A DNA stretch of 64,000 nt from Alphaproteobacteria bacterium (lineage in GTDB: Bacteria; Pseudomonadota; Alphaproteobacteria; Micavibrionales; Micavibrionaceae). The notes below the pieces were generated by a model, which was not told the origin of the DNA, did no database searches, and saw only the letters and a list, made by a program, of their open reading frames with translations. The stretch is taken from contig JBOEGX010000004.1 in the NCBI GenBank assembly GCA_050633645.1, forward strand, positions 282,248-346,247. The letters run 5' to 3'. Position 1 is the first letter of the stretch. Each line of letters starts with the position of its first letter. Of the stretch, positions 20,438 to 29,284 are shown in pieces. The translations under genes were made by a program, and so were the position numbers.

Positions 20438-21034
20438 ATGTCCGAAGCCGCCGCAAAAAAAGGCCGTCCCCGCAGCGAAAAATCTCGCAAAGCGATCCTG
20501 AATGCAACGAATAAGCTATTGCTCCAAACCTCGGTTCAAGAGCTCAGCATCGAATCCATCGCGAAAAAGGCAAAAGTCGGAAAAACAACAATTTACCGTT
20601 GGTGGCCAAACAAAACCGCCGTGGTTATGGATGCCCTCGCAAGCCAACCAGGCATGCAAACACCGCTCCCCACCGCGAGCAGCCATAAAGACGCCATCAC
20701 AATGCAACTTGATAAACTCATCCGCCTCGTAGACAGCAATAATGGCCAAACCATCGCCCAACTCTTCAGTGAGGCACAAGCCAGCGAAGTCTCATTGGCA
20801 ATCTTCAAAGACAATCTTCTTGAGCCCCTCATGGATGCCATCCGCTACAGTATCGAAGAAGGCCAGAAAAACGGTGAATTCCGCGATGATATAGAGGTCG
20901 CACTCGCCGCCGACATCATGTGCGGGCCAATATTCTTCCGCCTCATGGCGCATTCCGCCGATCTAACGGAAGACTTCCGCAAGGCATATCCTGACGAGGC
21001 CATCAAAATCCTCGCCAGATCAAACGCAAATTAA
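20438..21034 (+). CDS. TetR/AcrR family transcriptional regulator
   Basis: N-terminal HTH SIESIAKKAKVGKTTIYRWWPNK. AGAGGAGAG SD. Confidence 0.9.
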   Translation: MSEAAAKKGRPRSEKSRKAILNATNKLLLQTSVQELSIESIAKKAKVGKTTIYRWWPNKTAVVMDALASQPGMQTPLPTASSHKDAITMQLDKLIRLVDSNNGQTIAQLFSEAQASEVSLAIFKDNLLEPLMDAIRYSIEEGQKNGEFRDDIEVALAADIMCGPIFFRLMAHSADLTEDFRKAYPDEAIKILARSNAN

Positions 21035-21140
21035 AGTAAAAGTAGAAAAGTAGATGAGTAAAGGGAAGCCATAAAGGTTTCCCTTTATTTCTTGCACCCC
21101 CCCATAAAACACTGATACAATACGCCCAATGAATAAATAA

Positions 21141-21241
21141 AGTCGTTTGGCTTTATTTTGTGACAAGGCACAAGCGACGAAGCGTAGAATCCTACGTAAG
21201 AAGCGAAGTAACGATGTCACAGAATAAGTGCAAATAACTAT
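21141..21241 (+). repeat. Intergenic structured palindromic element, copy C (closest to consensus)
   Basis: 21141-21165 pairs with 21215-21239 (19 WC, 3 G.T, 3 mismatches). TGTGACA pairs with TGTCACA. Apical CGTAG (21183-21187) pairs with CTACG (21192-21196). Ends 22 nt upstream of ATG 21263. Confidence 0.85.
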
Positions 21242-21262
21242 AATAATTTTTTGGTGATAAAT

Positions 21263-22594
21263 ATGGGTGAGACCCCAGATAAAATGGATAGCTTTGAAAG
21301 AGCCTATGCGGAATTAAAACGCAATGAGCAAATCCCTTTGGCCGAGTCCAGTATAGCACAAAAAAATGAAATTATTGCCGACTTTCTTAGCCGGCGCTTC
21401 AATCAAAACGCCACCATTCCTGCCGATCACTATGGCCGTGAAACAATGTTCGGCGCCTATAAAAAAATAGACATAGATGAGTCCATCATAAGAAAAAACA
21501 ACGAAAACCTTGATGATCACAACCCAAAGGAAGCCTTAGAAAACAAGACCGATAAACCCTATGTGCTCAACAAAGCCATTGAAAACTCAACATCCCTAAA
21601 AGGCTTAGACCGAGCCACAGCCAAAGCCATAGAAAATCAAACAATAAGCGAAACAGAACTAAAAGAAAAATTCCCCCTCGCCGATTCCAATATCGTAAAG
21701 GCCGCCGCATATACGTTACTCAACACACAAAATGCCGCCGCAAATGATGGGGAAATAGACACAAATCTTCGGGACATGGCCATTACTCACCTACAATACG
21801 CCCATAAAGACAACCCATCATATGACCAATGGATTGCGTCCAAACAAGATGAAATAACAAAAACAATCACACAATCGCCCGAAATAATGCGCGATTTAAA
21901 ATCTCTAAAATGCCCACAAGACATTGAAACAACAGAACAATTAGAAGATCAATTCACAATCCGCCAACGCCTCGCAGAAAACCTCACCAATGTTTACGGC
22001 AAGGCCTATGGCGTGAACGATACATTCAACCAAAACGACAGCCACATTGTTTTCAAATCAAGAGAAGACCTGTTAAAAGATCCAACAAATGCCTATCTAT
22101 CATCAAATATCCCCGGCACACAAAACGATGAAACACTCATATACAGATACAACCCCGCATTTCAGATGAGCACAAAAAACGTTGCATCATATGCACAAAC
22201 AGACCAGGAAGAAGCACAACTTTTCCTAAACAGTATGAATGAAGAACTGCAACATGGCATTGACAATATTCTTGCTGATAAACTCGTTCTCGGCACGCTC
22301 AACCAACCCGAAGCAGAGCAACACGCCCTATCATACACCCTCAACAAACTATTCTACATAGACCCCAAAATAGAGCTACCAACCCATTCCGCAGACCGAA
22401 AGCACTATAACCAATCCATCGAAAAATACGCAGACCAATATGTAGAGAAAACCGCAAAAGACACTGCCGAAAAAGTGACGAGCGCCGTAATGGCAAACTA
22501 TGATAAGGACATCCCCGAAACCACAGTCAGCGTGAATGACACACTCCCTCCTACGGAACAACCAAGCCTCTTGGATAGAATTTTCAAACTCTAA
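21263..22594 (+). CDS. Hypothetical protein (~443 aa, acidic, no TM)
   Basis: Long uninterrupted ORF. First ATG at 21263 (the track start 21251 is TTG). No family recognised. Confidence 0.55.
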   Translation: MGETPDKMDSFERAYAELKRNEQIPLAESSIAQKNEIIADFLSRRFNQNATIPADHYGRETMFGAYKKIDIDESIIRKNNENLDDHNPKEALENKTDKPYVLNKAIENSTSLKGLDRATAKAIENQTISETELKEKFPLADSNIVKAAAYTLLNTQNAAANDGEIDTNLRDMAITHLQYAHKDNPSYDQWIASKQDEITKTITQSPEIMRDLKSLKCPQDIETTEQLEDQFTIRQRLAENLTNVYGKAYGVNDTFNQNDSHIVFKSREDLLKDPTNAYLSSNIPGTQNDETLIYRYNPAFQMSTKNVASYAQTDQEEAQLFLNSMNEELQHGIDNILADKLVLGTLNQPEAEQHALSYTLNKLFYIDPKIELPTHSADRKHYNQSIEKYADQYVEKTAKDTAEKVTSAVMANYDKDIPETTVSVNDTLPPTEQPSLLDRIFKL

Positions 22595-22659
22595 CACCCA
22601 CAAAAATAAACCCGCTCATCCTATTGGCGCAGGCATCAAAATAAAGTACCCTTACCACC

Positions 22660-23970
22660 ATGGATGAAACACTACCCCACAATCTGAATTTCGCGAATTT
22701 AGAACTCCTCTGGAGCTCAAGCCTCCTATGGCTGTTCGAAAACCTGCTCAACCAAAACTCGCTCTACCAAATCATCATCCTGATCGCGGCATTATTCTTC
22801 ACATCCGTGGTCACGCGGCTTTTCCGCCCGACCATCCGCAAAAAAATCGAAAAATCTGCACTCCCATTCCGGTATAAACGCATCGCCTTTAACGTATTAA
22901 AGCTCCTCTTCCCAACCATCGCGCTTATCACGATTTTCGTCATGTCAAAAATCATCGCGACAAAAGCTCCTGACATTAACCTATGGCTCACCACGGGCGT
23001 AACAAAAGTTCTATTCGCATGGGTTGGTATCCGCCTTATGGCGCAACTCATCAACAACAACGCCGTGCGCAACATAATGTCCATGACAATATGGGTCGTC
23101 GCCGCGCTCAGCATCTTCGGCCTGCTCAGCCAAACCATCGAACTCCTCAACGGCATAGGGTTCAGCATTGGCGACTTTAACCTCTCCCTCTTCGTTGTGT
23201 TAAAGGGCGCGTTCTACCTCTTCGTACTGGTTTATTTTGCAACCTTCGTATCCAGCATTGCCGACCGCCAAGTCGCAAAGTCCGGCGCCCTCACCCGCGC
23301 ATCAAAGGTGCTCATCTCCAAAATAATGCGGATTGTATTAATTGGAATCGCGCTAATCCTTGGCCTAACTGCTTCGGGAATCGACCTCTCCCTATTCGCC
23401 GTATTCGGTGGTGCCATTGGTCTTGGGGTTGGTTTCGGTCTGCAACGTGGCGTTTCGAATTTGTTCAGCGGTATGATGCTCCTCCTCGACCGCTCCATCG
23501 AACCTGGCGACGTGATAGAGCTAGAGGGCGGCACATTTGGTTGGGTCGAAAAAATGGGCGCGCGCTACACCGAAATCGTCAGCCGCGATAACAAAACCTA
23601 CCTCATCCCCAACGAAGAACTCGTCACCCAACGCGTGGTAAATTGGAGCCACGGCGACGATGAAATCCGCATCCACGTTGATTTCGGCGTTCACTATAAA
23701 TCAGATGTCCATAAGGTTATTGAAATCGCAAAGGCCGCCGCCATTACCCCCAAACGCGTACTGGATAATCACGAACCTGTCTGCTGGATCACCGAATTCG
23801 GCGACAGCTCGGTCAACTTCTCACTACGCTTTTGGATCAAAGACGCACAAAACGGCCTGACAAATGTAAAGGGTGAGGTTTTCCTCGCGCTCTGGGATGC
23901 GTTTAAGGAACACGGCATCGAAATCCCCTACCCGCACCGCGAAGTCTATATGCATACTGTCAAAGATTAG
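22660..23970 (+). CDS. Mechanosensitive ion channel family protein (MscS-like)
   Basis: Multiple TM helices, then GLQRGVSNLFSGMMLLLDRSIEPGDVIE...V.NWS, the MscS core pattern. Confidence 0.92.
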   Translation: MDETLPHNLNFANLELLWSSSLLWLFENLLNQNSLYQIIILIAALFFTSVVTRLFRPTIRKKIEKSALPFRYKRIAFNVLKLLFPTIALITIFVMSKIIATKAPDINLWLTTGVTKVLFAWVGIRLMAQLINNNAVRNIMSMTIWVVAALSIFGLLSQTIELLNGIGFSIGDFNLSLFVVLKGAFYLFVLVYFATFVSSIADRQVAKSGALTRASKVLISKIMRIVLIGIALILGLTASGIDLSLFAVFGGAIGLGVGFGLQRGVSNLFSGMMLLLDRSIEPGDVIELEGGTFGWVEKMGARYTEIVSRDNKTYLIPNEELVTQRVVNWSHGDDEIRIHVDFGVHYKSDVHKVIEIAKAAAITPKRVLDNHEPVCWITEFGDSSVNFSLRFWIKDAQNGLTNVKGEVFLALWDAFKEHGIEIPYPHREVYMHTVKD

Positions 23971-24008
23971 CTTAAAGCTTCATCATTGCGCCCGCCATGA
24001 ATTGAAAA

Positions 24009-24572
24009 TCAAAGCTCGGGCGAACCACCCTGCGGCGGCTCATCATCCCCATCAGATCGAATACGCGCCAACACTTCTCTGAATTTTGGATACATTGGCT
24101 GCTTTTCATACTCGAATTCCAAATGCCTATCTGACGCACCAAGTTTAACAAATAATTTATTAACGCCATTCTCTATACTGTTCCAGTCCGCCAGAACCTT
24201 ATCCGTCACACGCATCATCGCATCATTGGTCGCCATAACCGTTCCCGCCATAACCATCATGGACGATGCCATCCCCGAATCTTTGTCTAATAACGGAATA
24301 CCAGCAACCATAGACATAACCAACTGCACATAACCAACATGTAACTGCGCCAAATAAGGTAAAACCTTTGAAAAGCCAGCATTAATCTTCTCATCGCCCT
24401 TCAACTGATCTTCCGTAAGGGAAAATTGTTTCCATTCACGCTCAACTTCATTCTTCTTTTGTGTTCTGCTTGAAAAATACGAAGACAAATTCCGATGAAA
24501 TCGTACCGTCGATGTCAAGAAATCCTCACCAAGCGCCTTACTCAAATCAAATGTATTTTGAACCTTACCCAT
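24009..24572 (-). CDS. Hypothetical protein (~187 aa)
   Basis: ORF with start taken at MGKVQNTF. No family recognised. Confidence 0.5.
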   Translation of the reverse strand: MGKVQNTFDLSKALGEDFLTSTVRFHRNLSSYFSSRTQKKNEVEREWKQFSLTEDQLKGDEKINAGFSKVLPYLAQLHVGYVQLVMSMVAGIPLLDKDSGMASSMMVMAGTVMATNDAMMRVTDKVLADWNSIENGVNKLFVKLGASDRHLEFEYEKQPMYPKFREVLARIRSDGDDEPPQGGSPEL

Positions 24573-24640
24573 AAAAAAAACCACCCTGATATTTATTTAT
24601 TAAGATGGTTTATAGTATAAAAATTCTAAAAAAGCAAATT

Positions 24641-25198
24641 CTACGCCGCTTGCGAAAGCGCACCGCCTTTAAGCGCGGCCTCACCGGCCAAAACCGCGGC
24701 CACCGCCGCAACCGTTGACGCAATCCGCACAGCCGTTTGAATCTCAGACGCGCCCAACCCCTCGGCCTTCAACGCCGCCTCATGGGCATCAATACACATA
24801 CCACATCCATTAATCGCAGACACCGCGAGCGACCATAACTCAAAATCTGCCTTATCAACACCGGGGTTCGCAATAATGTTCATGCGTAATTTCGCGGGCA
24901 TCGTGGCGTATTCCTTATTCTTCGCAAGATGCACAAAGCGGTAATACACATTGTTCATCCCCATAATCGCCGCCGCCGACTTTGCCCCGTTTTGCGCGGC
25001 CTCATCCAAATGCGCGGACGCTTCGGCCGATATCGCCGCAATCACTTCTACATTTCCTGTGGCAAGCGCAGACGCCAAAAACGTCCCCCAATGGGTTTGC
25101 GCGGCAAATGTTTCATCCCCCGCCAATGACGACAGATTCAATTTTATATCCTTCGCATAATCAGGAATACGGTTTTTCAAATCAGATATAGACATCAT
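24641..25198 (-). CDS. ahpD: Alkyl hydroperoxide reductase AhpD (carboxymuconolactone decarboxylase family)
   Basis: Start [22 protein letters not shown] with AAGGAG SD. Active-site GCGMCIDAH. Downstream of ahpC. Confidence 0.9.
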   Translation of the reverse strand: MMSISDLKNRIPDYAKDIKLNLSSLAGDETFAAQTHWGTFLASALATGNVEVIAAISAEASAHLDEAAQNGAKSAAAIMGMNNVYYRFVHLAKNKEYATMPAKLRMNIIANPGVDKADFELWSLAVSAINGCGMCIDAHEAALKAEGLGASEIQTAVRIASTVAAVAAVLAGEAALKGGALSQAA

Positions 25199-25373
25199 TT
25201 TTCTCCTTAAATAAAATTTAGATACAAAACGGGCGGCATCAGCCAACAAACACAACGCCGCCCGAAAAATATTTTAAGCTAACATATTCTAATCAAAGAA
25301 TTTTCTGGCGAAACCTCACTAAAGCAAACAGATCCTCGACGAAAACTCACTTCAAAGAGAAATGTCACGAAAG

Positions 25374-25446
25374 CCAAGCGTTTCAAGAACCGGAAGCGTA
25401 AATGTAGTCACCCTACATGCGAACCGGAAGCACACAAACGCTTGGT
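25374..25446 (+). repeat. Palindromic element in the ahpC-ahpD spacer, same architecture as copies A-D but different sequence
   Basis: Outer inverted repeat CCAAGCGTTT (25374-25383) pairs with AAACGCTTGG (25437-25446). Direct repeat AACCGGAAGC (25388-25397 and 25422-25431) flanks apical hairpin ATGTAG (25402-25407) paired with CTACAT (25413-25418). Confidence 0.7.
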
Positions 25447-25470
25447 TTGCAGTGCATTTATCGCAGAAGA

Positions 25471-26055
25471 TTATGCTGCTATCTTTTGTGCTTCGGCTGA
25501 GGCGTCGATTGTCTCGCCACCAACTGCGCGGTTACATGGGCATAGCTCGTCTGACTGCAACGCATCAAGAATACGCAATGTTTCCTTTGGGTTACGACCA
25601 ACATTCAAACCATTTACCGCAACATGTTGAATAACATTATGCGGATCAACGATGAATGTCGCACGAAGAGCAACACCCGCTTCTTGATGACGCACACCAA
25701 GCTGATCAATCAACGAACCATTTGTATCCGCGAATGACCACTGATCCAATTTGTTAAGATCCGCATGCTCACGTCTCCACGCCAATTTACAGAACTCATT
25801 ATCTGTTGATCCACCAAGAACAATCGCATCACGATCCGCAAATTCTTCATTCAATTTTGCAAACTCAACGATTTCTGTCGGGCAAACAAATGTGAAATCT
25901 TTCGGGTAAAAGAAAATAACCTTCCACTTCCCTTCAAAACTTTTCTCATTAATCGTTTCAAACGCGCTCTCGCCGTTTTCTTCATGCTTATTAAATCCGG
26001 GCTTTACACCTGTGATTTCAAATTCTTCAATTACGTCACCAATGCCGAGCATCAT
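25471..26055 (-). CDS. ahpC: Peroxiredoxin AhpC (AhpC/TSA family)
   Basis: KVIFFYPKDFTFVCPTEI peroxidatic Cys motif. Paired with ahpD and divergent from oxyR. Confidence 0.95.
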   Translation of the reverse strand: MMLGIGDVIEEFEITGVKPGFNKHEENGESAFETINEKSFEGKWKVIFFYPKDFTFVCPTEIVEFAKLNEEFADRDAIVLGGSTDNEFCKLAWRREHADLNKLDQWSFADTNGSLIDQLGVRHQEAGVALRATFIVDPHNVIQHVAVNGLNVGRNPKETLRILDALQSDELCPCNRAVGGETIDASAEAQKIAA

Positions 26056-26144
26056 AATAATTCTCCATTTAATTTTATATATTGTGTGGTTTATTTATGT
26101 GTGCAGCATGCACAGATTCACATCTCAAATCCAATGAAAATTTC

Positions 26145-26201
26145 CGATATTTAATATCGAAAAAATCGATACTAATTTAAATTAACTATGATAAAATCGA
26201 T
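26145..26201. promoter_or_regulatory. Candidate OxyR/LysR operator in the ahpC-oxyR divergent region
   Basis: Perfect palindrome CGATAT-tta-ATATCG (26145-26159), plus ATCGAT at 26165-26170 and 26196-26201. Half-sites at roughly 11-nt phasing for the first three. Only a loose fit to the ATAG-N7-CTAT consensus. Confidence 0.3.
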
Positions 26202-26239
26202 ATTAAGGCTATTTTTGAGGACAAAGACGAAAGACGATC

Positions 26240-27145
26240 ATGATTAGGCCAACCATAAGACAGATGGAATATATCGTCGCATTGGATGATAAAAAGTCAT
26301 TTATCGATGCCGCAGAGCGCTGCAACGTCACCCAATCCACCATAAGCGCAGGGATAAAAGAGCTGGAAACCATACTGGAACAGCCACTTTTCATCCGTGG
26401 ACGCAAAAATATAACCCTTACCGCTCTGGGGGAGGAAACCGCCGAACGCGCCCGCCAAATCCTAAACGCGACAGACCGCATAATATCCCGCGCACAAGAG
26501 AGCAAATCCCCACTGAGCAGCACTTTGCGCCTTGGAATCATCCCTACAATCGCCCCCTATTTCCTGCCTGAAATCCTGCCACGCCTGCAAAAAGACTTTC
26601 CAAAACTCGAACTCGAAATTTACGAAGATTTCAGCGACAGAATAGGTGAAAAACTCCGTCAGGGCACAATAGACGTCGCCATCATGGCCTTCCCCTATGA
26701 CATGGAAGATATTGAAATAATTGAATTTTTCGAAGAACCATTCTTCCTCGCTTGCCCAAAGGGAAAAGAGCCCGCAGGCATGGTCATGGACGCAAAAAAC
26801 CTGGATTTCGGCGCGCTCCTCCTCCTCGAAGACGGGCATTGCCTCACCGACCACGCCCTATCCGCCTGTGATTTACAAAAATCCTCCCGCCGCAAAGCCT
26901 ACAGCGCAAGCAGCCTGCCAACATTAATCGAAATGGTAAATCACGGACTGGGAATCACCCTCCTCCCCGACATGGCGGTGAAGGCCGGAAATCTGCCGAA
27001 AAACATAGACATCCACCCCTTCAGATCACCAACCCCCGGCCGCAAAATCGGTCTAGCTCGCAAAGAAAACTCCCCCAAATATCAGGACACGCAGATGCTC
27101 TACCACACCATTATGGACTACTTAAAATCCACATCAACCACCTAA
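26240..27145 (+). CDS. oxyR: Hydrogen peroxide-inducible LysR-type activator OxyR
   Basis: N-terminal LysR HTH (IRQMEYIVALDDKKSFIDAAERCNVTQSTIS). Redox Cys pair in EDGHCLTDHALSAC. Confidence 0.9.
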   Translation: MIRPTIRQMEYIVALDDKKSFIDAAERCNVTQSTISAGIKELETILEQPLFIRGRKNITLTALGEETAERARQILNATDRIISRAQESKSPLSSTLRLGIIPTIAPYFLPEILPRLQKDFPKLELEIYEDFSDRIGEKLRQGTIDVAIMAFPYDMEDIEIIEFFEEPFFLACPKGKEPAGMVMDAKNLDFGALLLLEDGHCLTDHALSACDLQKSSRRKAYSASSLPTLIEMVNHGLGITLLPDMAVKAGNLPKNIDIHPFRSPTPGRKIGLARKENSPKYQDTQMLYHTIMDYLKSTSTT

Positions 27146-27215
27146 ATCCTCACAATTTTGCATTCCACAAATTTCTATGATAGAAATTAAGAAACATAGA
27201 AATAAGGAAAACATA

Positions 27216-27425
27216 ATGGGTGACGACAATAAAAATGTAACCGATATTTTCAAAAACGAAAATCCACGGATATCAACCGAGGGACTTGAGGTTTCAGAAA
27301 CAGAAATAAGCGCCGATGAGTTTGCCCAACTATTCCCTGATGCAGGAAAAGACAACTCTACCAAGGAACTCAATACACCTGAAACAATAAATCCCGACGA
27401 TCCTTGGAAATTTGTCCCAGGCTAA
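27216..27425 (+). CDS. Small acidic hypothetical protein (~69 aa)
   Basis: ATG 27216 preceded by AAGGAAA. Followed by a 10-bp hairpin. No family recognised, so coding status is uncertain. Confidence 0.4.
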   Translation: MGDDNKNVTDIFKNENPRISTEGLEVSETEISADEFAQLFPDAGKDNSTKELNTPETINPDDPWKFVPG

Positions 27426-27439
27426 TAGCCCTTAGTTTA

Positions 27440-27468
27440 CCTTGCAAAACCACATAGTTTTTGCAAGG
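27440..27468 (+). terminator. Perfect 10-bp hairpin after the small ORF (terminator-like, no clear U-tract)
   Basis: CCTTGCAAAA (27440-27449) pairs with TTTTGCAAGG (27459-27468), 9-nt loop. Confidence 0.35.
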
Positions 27469-27521
27469 ACACGAAATAAAATGATACAATTATAAAAATG
27501 AATTTTTACGGGTGAAGATTG

Positions 27522-28265
27522 ATGAGCAAAAATACATACATACCAACCACAACAGCGCCGAATTCCTTAGGTTATAGAGTGGGAAAACTAGAAATTCCCC
27601 GCGATAAAAACGCGCCCACTGACGGCTCTGTGATCTCTGTCTCTCAAAGTGATTTGAACAATATCCTCGGCACACGAACAAATAATGACGATGCCAAAAT
27701 TTACAGTGACACACCCATATTTGAAACAGATATTCACAACAATCCACTACACACGTCTGCAGAAATGGTCGGTAACCATAGCCTAAGAAAGGGCGCGTCT
27801 TATGAAACGGGTATACCAACCTTCTATGATGGCAAACCATCAGGCGCACCCCCTACGCCAAAAAGTAGATTCGCCGACGGTGTAGAGAACCATTTCGCAC
27901 AATCTGCAAAACCTACACCTGTAAAATCAAGCCCCCTGATTGAAGGGGACGGACGAATAATCGCGCAAGCCACACCGCAACCAAAAATTTCAACCACCGT
28001 TGTCATACCTAAATTACCCGTAACAACAACGGCACAAGAAATAAATTACGATCAAACCATGCTGCCATCAGAAGATATAGCCCCTGCATCATCATTGATT
28101 CAAGATAATCCTTTTGAGGATTACACCAATCAGCTCAGCAAACAATTCGAAACACAAACTGAGCCCCCCCTTCTAACAGAGACAGCAGAAGGCGAAGCGG
28201 AAATTAGTCACAAAACATTGATCAAAAATCTAAAAACACTCGATGAAATACACGACCCATCATAA
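27522..28265 (+). CDS. Hypothetical Pro/Thr-rich protein (~247 aa)
   Basis: Long ORF; ATG 27522 (the track start 27519 is TTG). No family recognised. Confidence 0.5.
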   Translation: MSKNTYIPTTTAPNSLGYRVGKLEIPRDKNAPTDGSVISVSQSDLNNILGTRTNNDDAKIYSDTPIFETDIHNNPLHTSAEMVGNHSLRKGASYETGIPTFYDGKPSGAPPTPKSRFADGVENHFAQSAKPTPVKSSPLIEGDGRIIAQATPQPKISTTVVIPKLPVTTTAQEINYDQTMLPSEDIAPASSLIQDNPFEDYTNQLSKQFETQTEPPLLTETAEGEAEISHKTLIKNLKTLDEIHDPS

Positions 28266-28304
28266 TTATTGCAACACACACAAAAAAACGTTATAAATCC
28301 GCGC

Positions 28305-29219
28305 ATGAGCAATACAGAATTCAAAGTCGCGGCGCTATACCGCTTTACCCCGATTAACGATATCCCGCAATTACGCGCGGAAATATACGCATTTTCGGAA
28401 AAAAATGTGCCAAGCATTTGCGGCACACTCCTCCTCGCGCCCGAAGGGATTAACGGCACAATCGCTGCACACCCATCCGAAATGGGCGCAATGATCGAAT
28501 TTCTGCACGACAAACTCGGCGTATCCGAAGACAGCATCGCGAGCGAACTTAAATACTCCCACGCCAGCGCGCAGCCCTTTAACCGCTTTAAAGTCCGCCC
28601 GAAAAAAGAGCTTATCACCCTGCGAAAACCAGAGGCCAACCCGTATAAACAAGTCGGCACCTATGTGGAAGCCCAAGACTGGAACGACCTCATCAATGAT
28701 CCCGACGTGATTTTGGTGGATACCCGCAATGATTACGAAACCAAGGTCGGCATATTCGAGGGCGCGATTGACCCCGACATGAAAATATTCACCGAATTCC
28801 CCGACTGGGTCGAAAAAAACCTTGATGCAACGAAAGACAAAAAGGTCGCGATGTTCTGCACTGGCGGCATTCGATGTGAGAAGGCAAGCTCTTACATGCT
28901 CGCCCATGGGTTTGAAAATGTTTACCACCTAAAGGGCGGCATTTTAAAATACCTTGAAACCATCCCTGCCGATGAGAGCAAATGGAAAGGCGATTGTTTC
29001 GTCTTTGACCAACGCGTCGCCGTTGGCCATGGCCTGAAAGAAGGCGATTGGAGCGTTTGCCACGCCTGCCGTGAGCCATTATCCCACGAAGATACACTGC
29101 GCGCAGAATACGAAAACGGAATCTCCTGCCATCACTGCAAGGGCAGCCTAACCCCCGAAAAGGAAAAAGCCTTCCGCGCCCGCCAAAAACATTACGCAGA
29201 TAAATACAGCGACGCATAA
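28305..29219 (+). CDS. trhO: Rhodanese-domain tRNA uridine(34) hydroxylase TrhO (YceA/UPF0176)
   Basis: FKVAALYRF....I..LR, LLAPEGINGTIA, active-site loop FCTGGIRCEKAS, C-terminal Cys cluster. Confidence 0.9.
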   Translation: MSNTEFKVAALYRFTPINDIPQLRAEIYAFSEKNVPSICGTLLLAPEGINGTIAAHPSEMGAMIEFLHDKLGVSEDSIASELKYSHASAQPFNRFKVRPKKELITLRKPEANPYKQVGTYVEAQDWNDLINDPDVILVDTRNDYETKVGIFEGAIDPDMKIFTEFPDWVEKNLDATKDKKVAMFCTGGIRCEKASSYMLAHGFENVYHLKGGILKYLETIPADESKWKGDCFVFDQRVAVGHGLKEGDWSVCHACREPLSHEDTLRAEYENGISCHHCKGSLTPEKEKAFRARQKHYADKYSDA

Positions 29220-29284
29220 AAATTGATTTTTACCATAAAGTTATATAAGCTGCCCTAAATTATAAACAACGGGTAAATTGGGTT

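Noticed and set aside
21159-21221. tRNA-like cloverleaf reading of the element core (7-bp closing stem plus three small hairpins GC-GCAA-GC, apical hairpin, GC-GCA-GC)
   Set aside because: The side arms are only 2-4 bp, the apical loop is 4-5 nt rather than 7, there is no T-loop GTTCRA motif, and the length between closing strands is too short. Not supportable as a tRNA or tmRNA-like gene.
25362-25634. 90-aa + strand ORF spanning the ahpC-ahpD spacer
   Set aside because: It runs through the palindromic element and into the antisense of the ahpC 3' end. It has no SD and an Arg/His-rich product. The repeat structure explains the sequence better.
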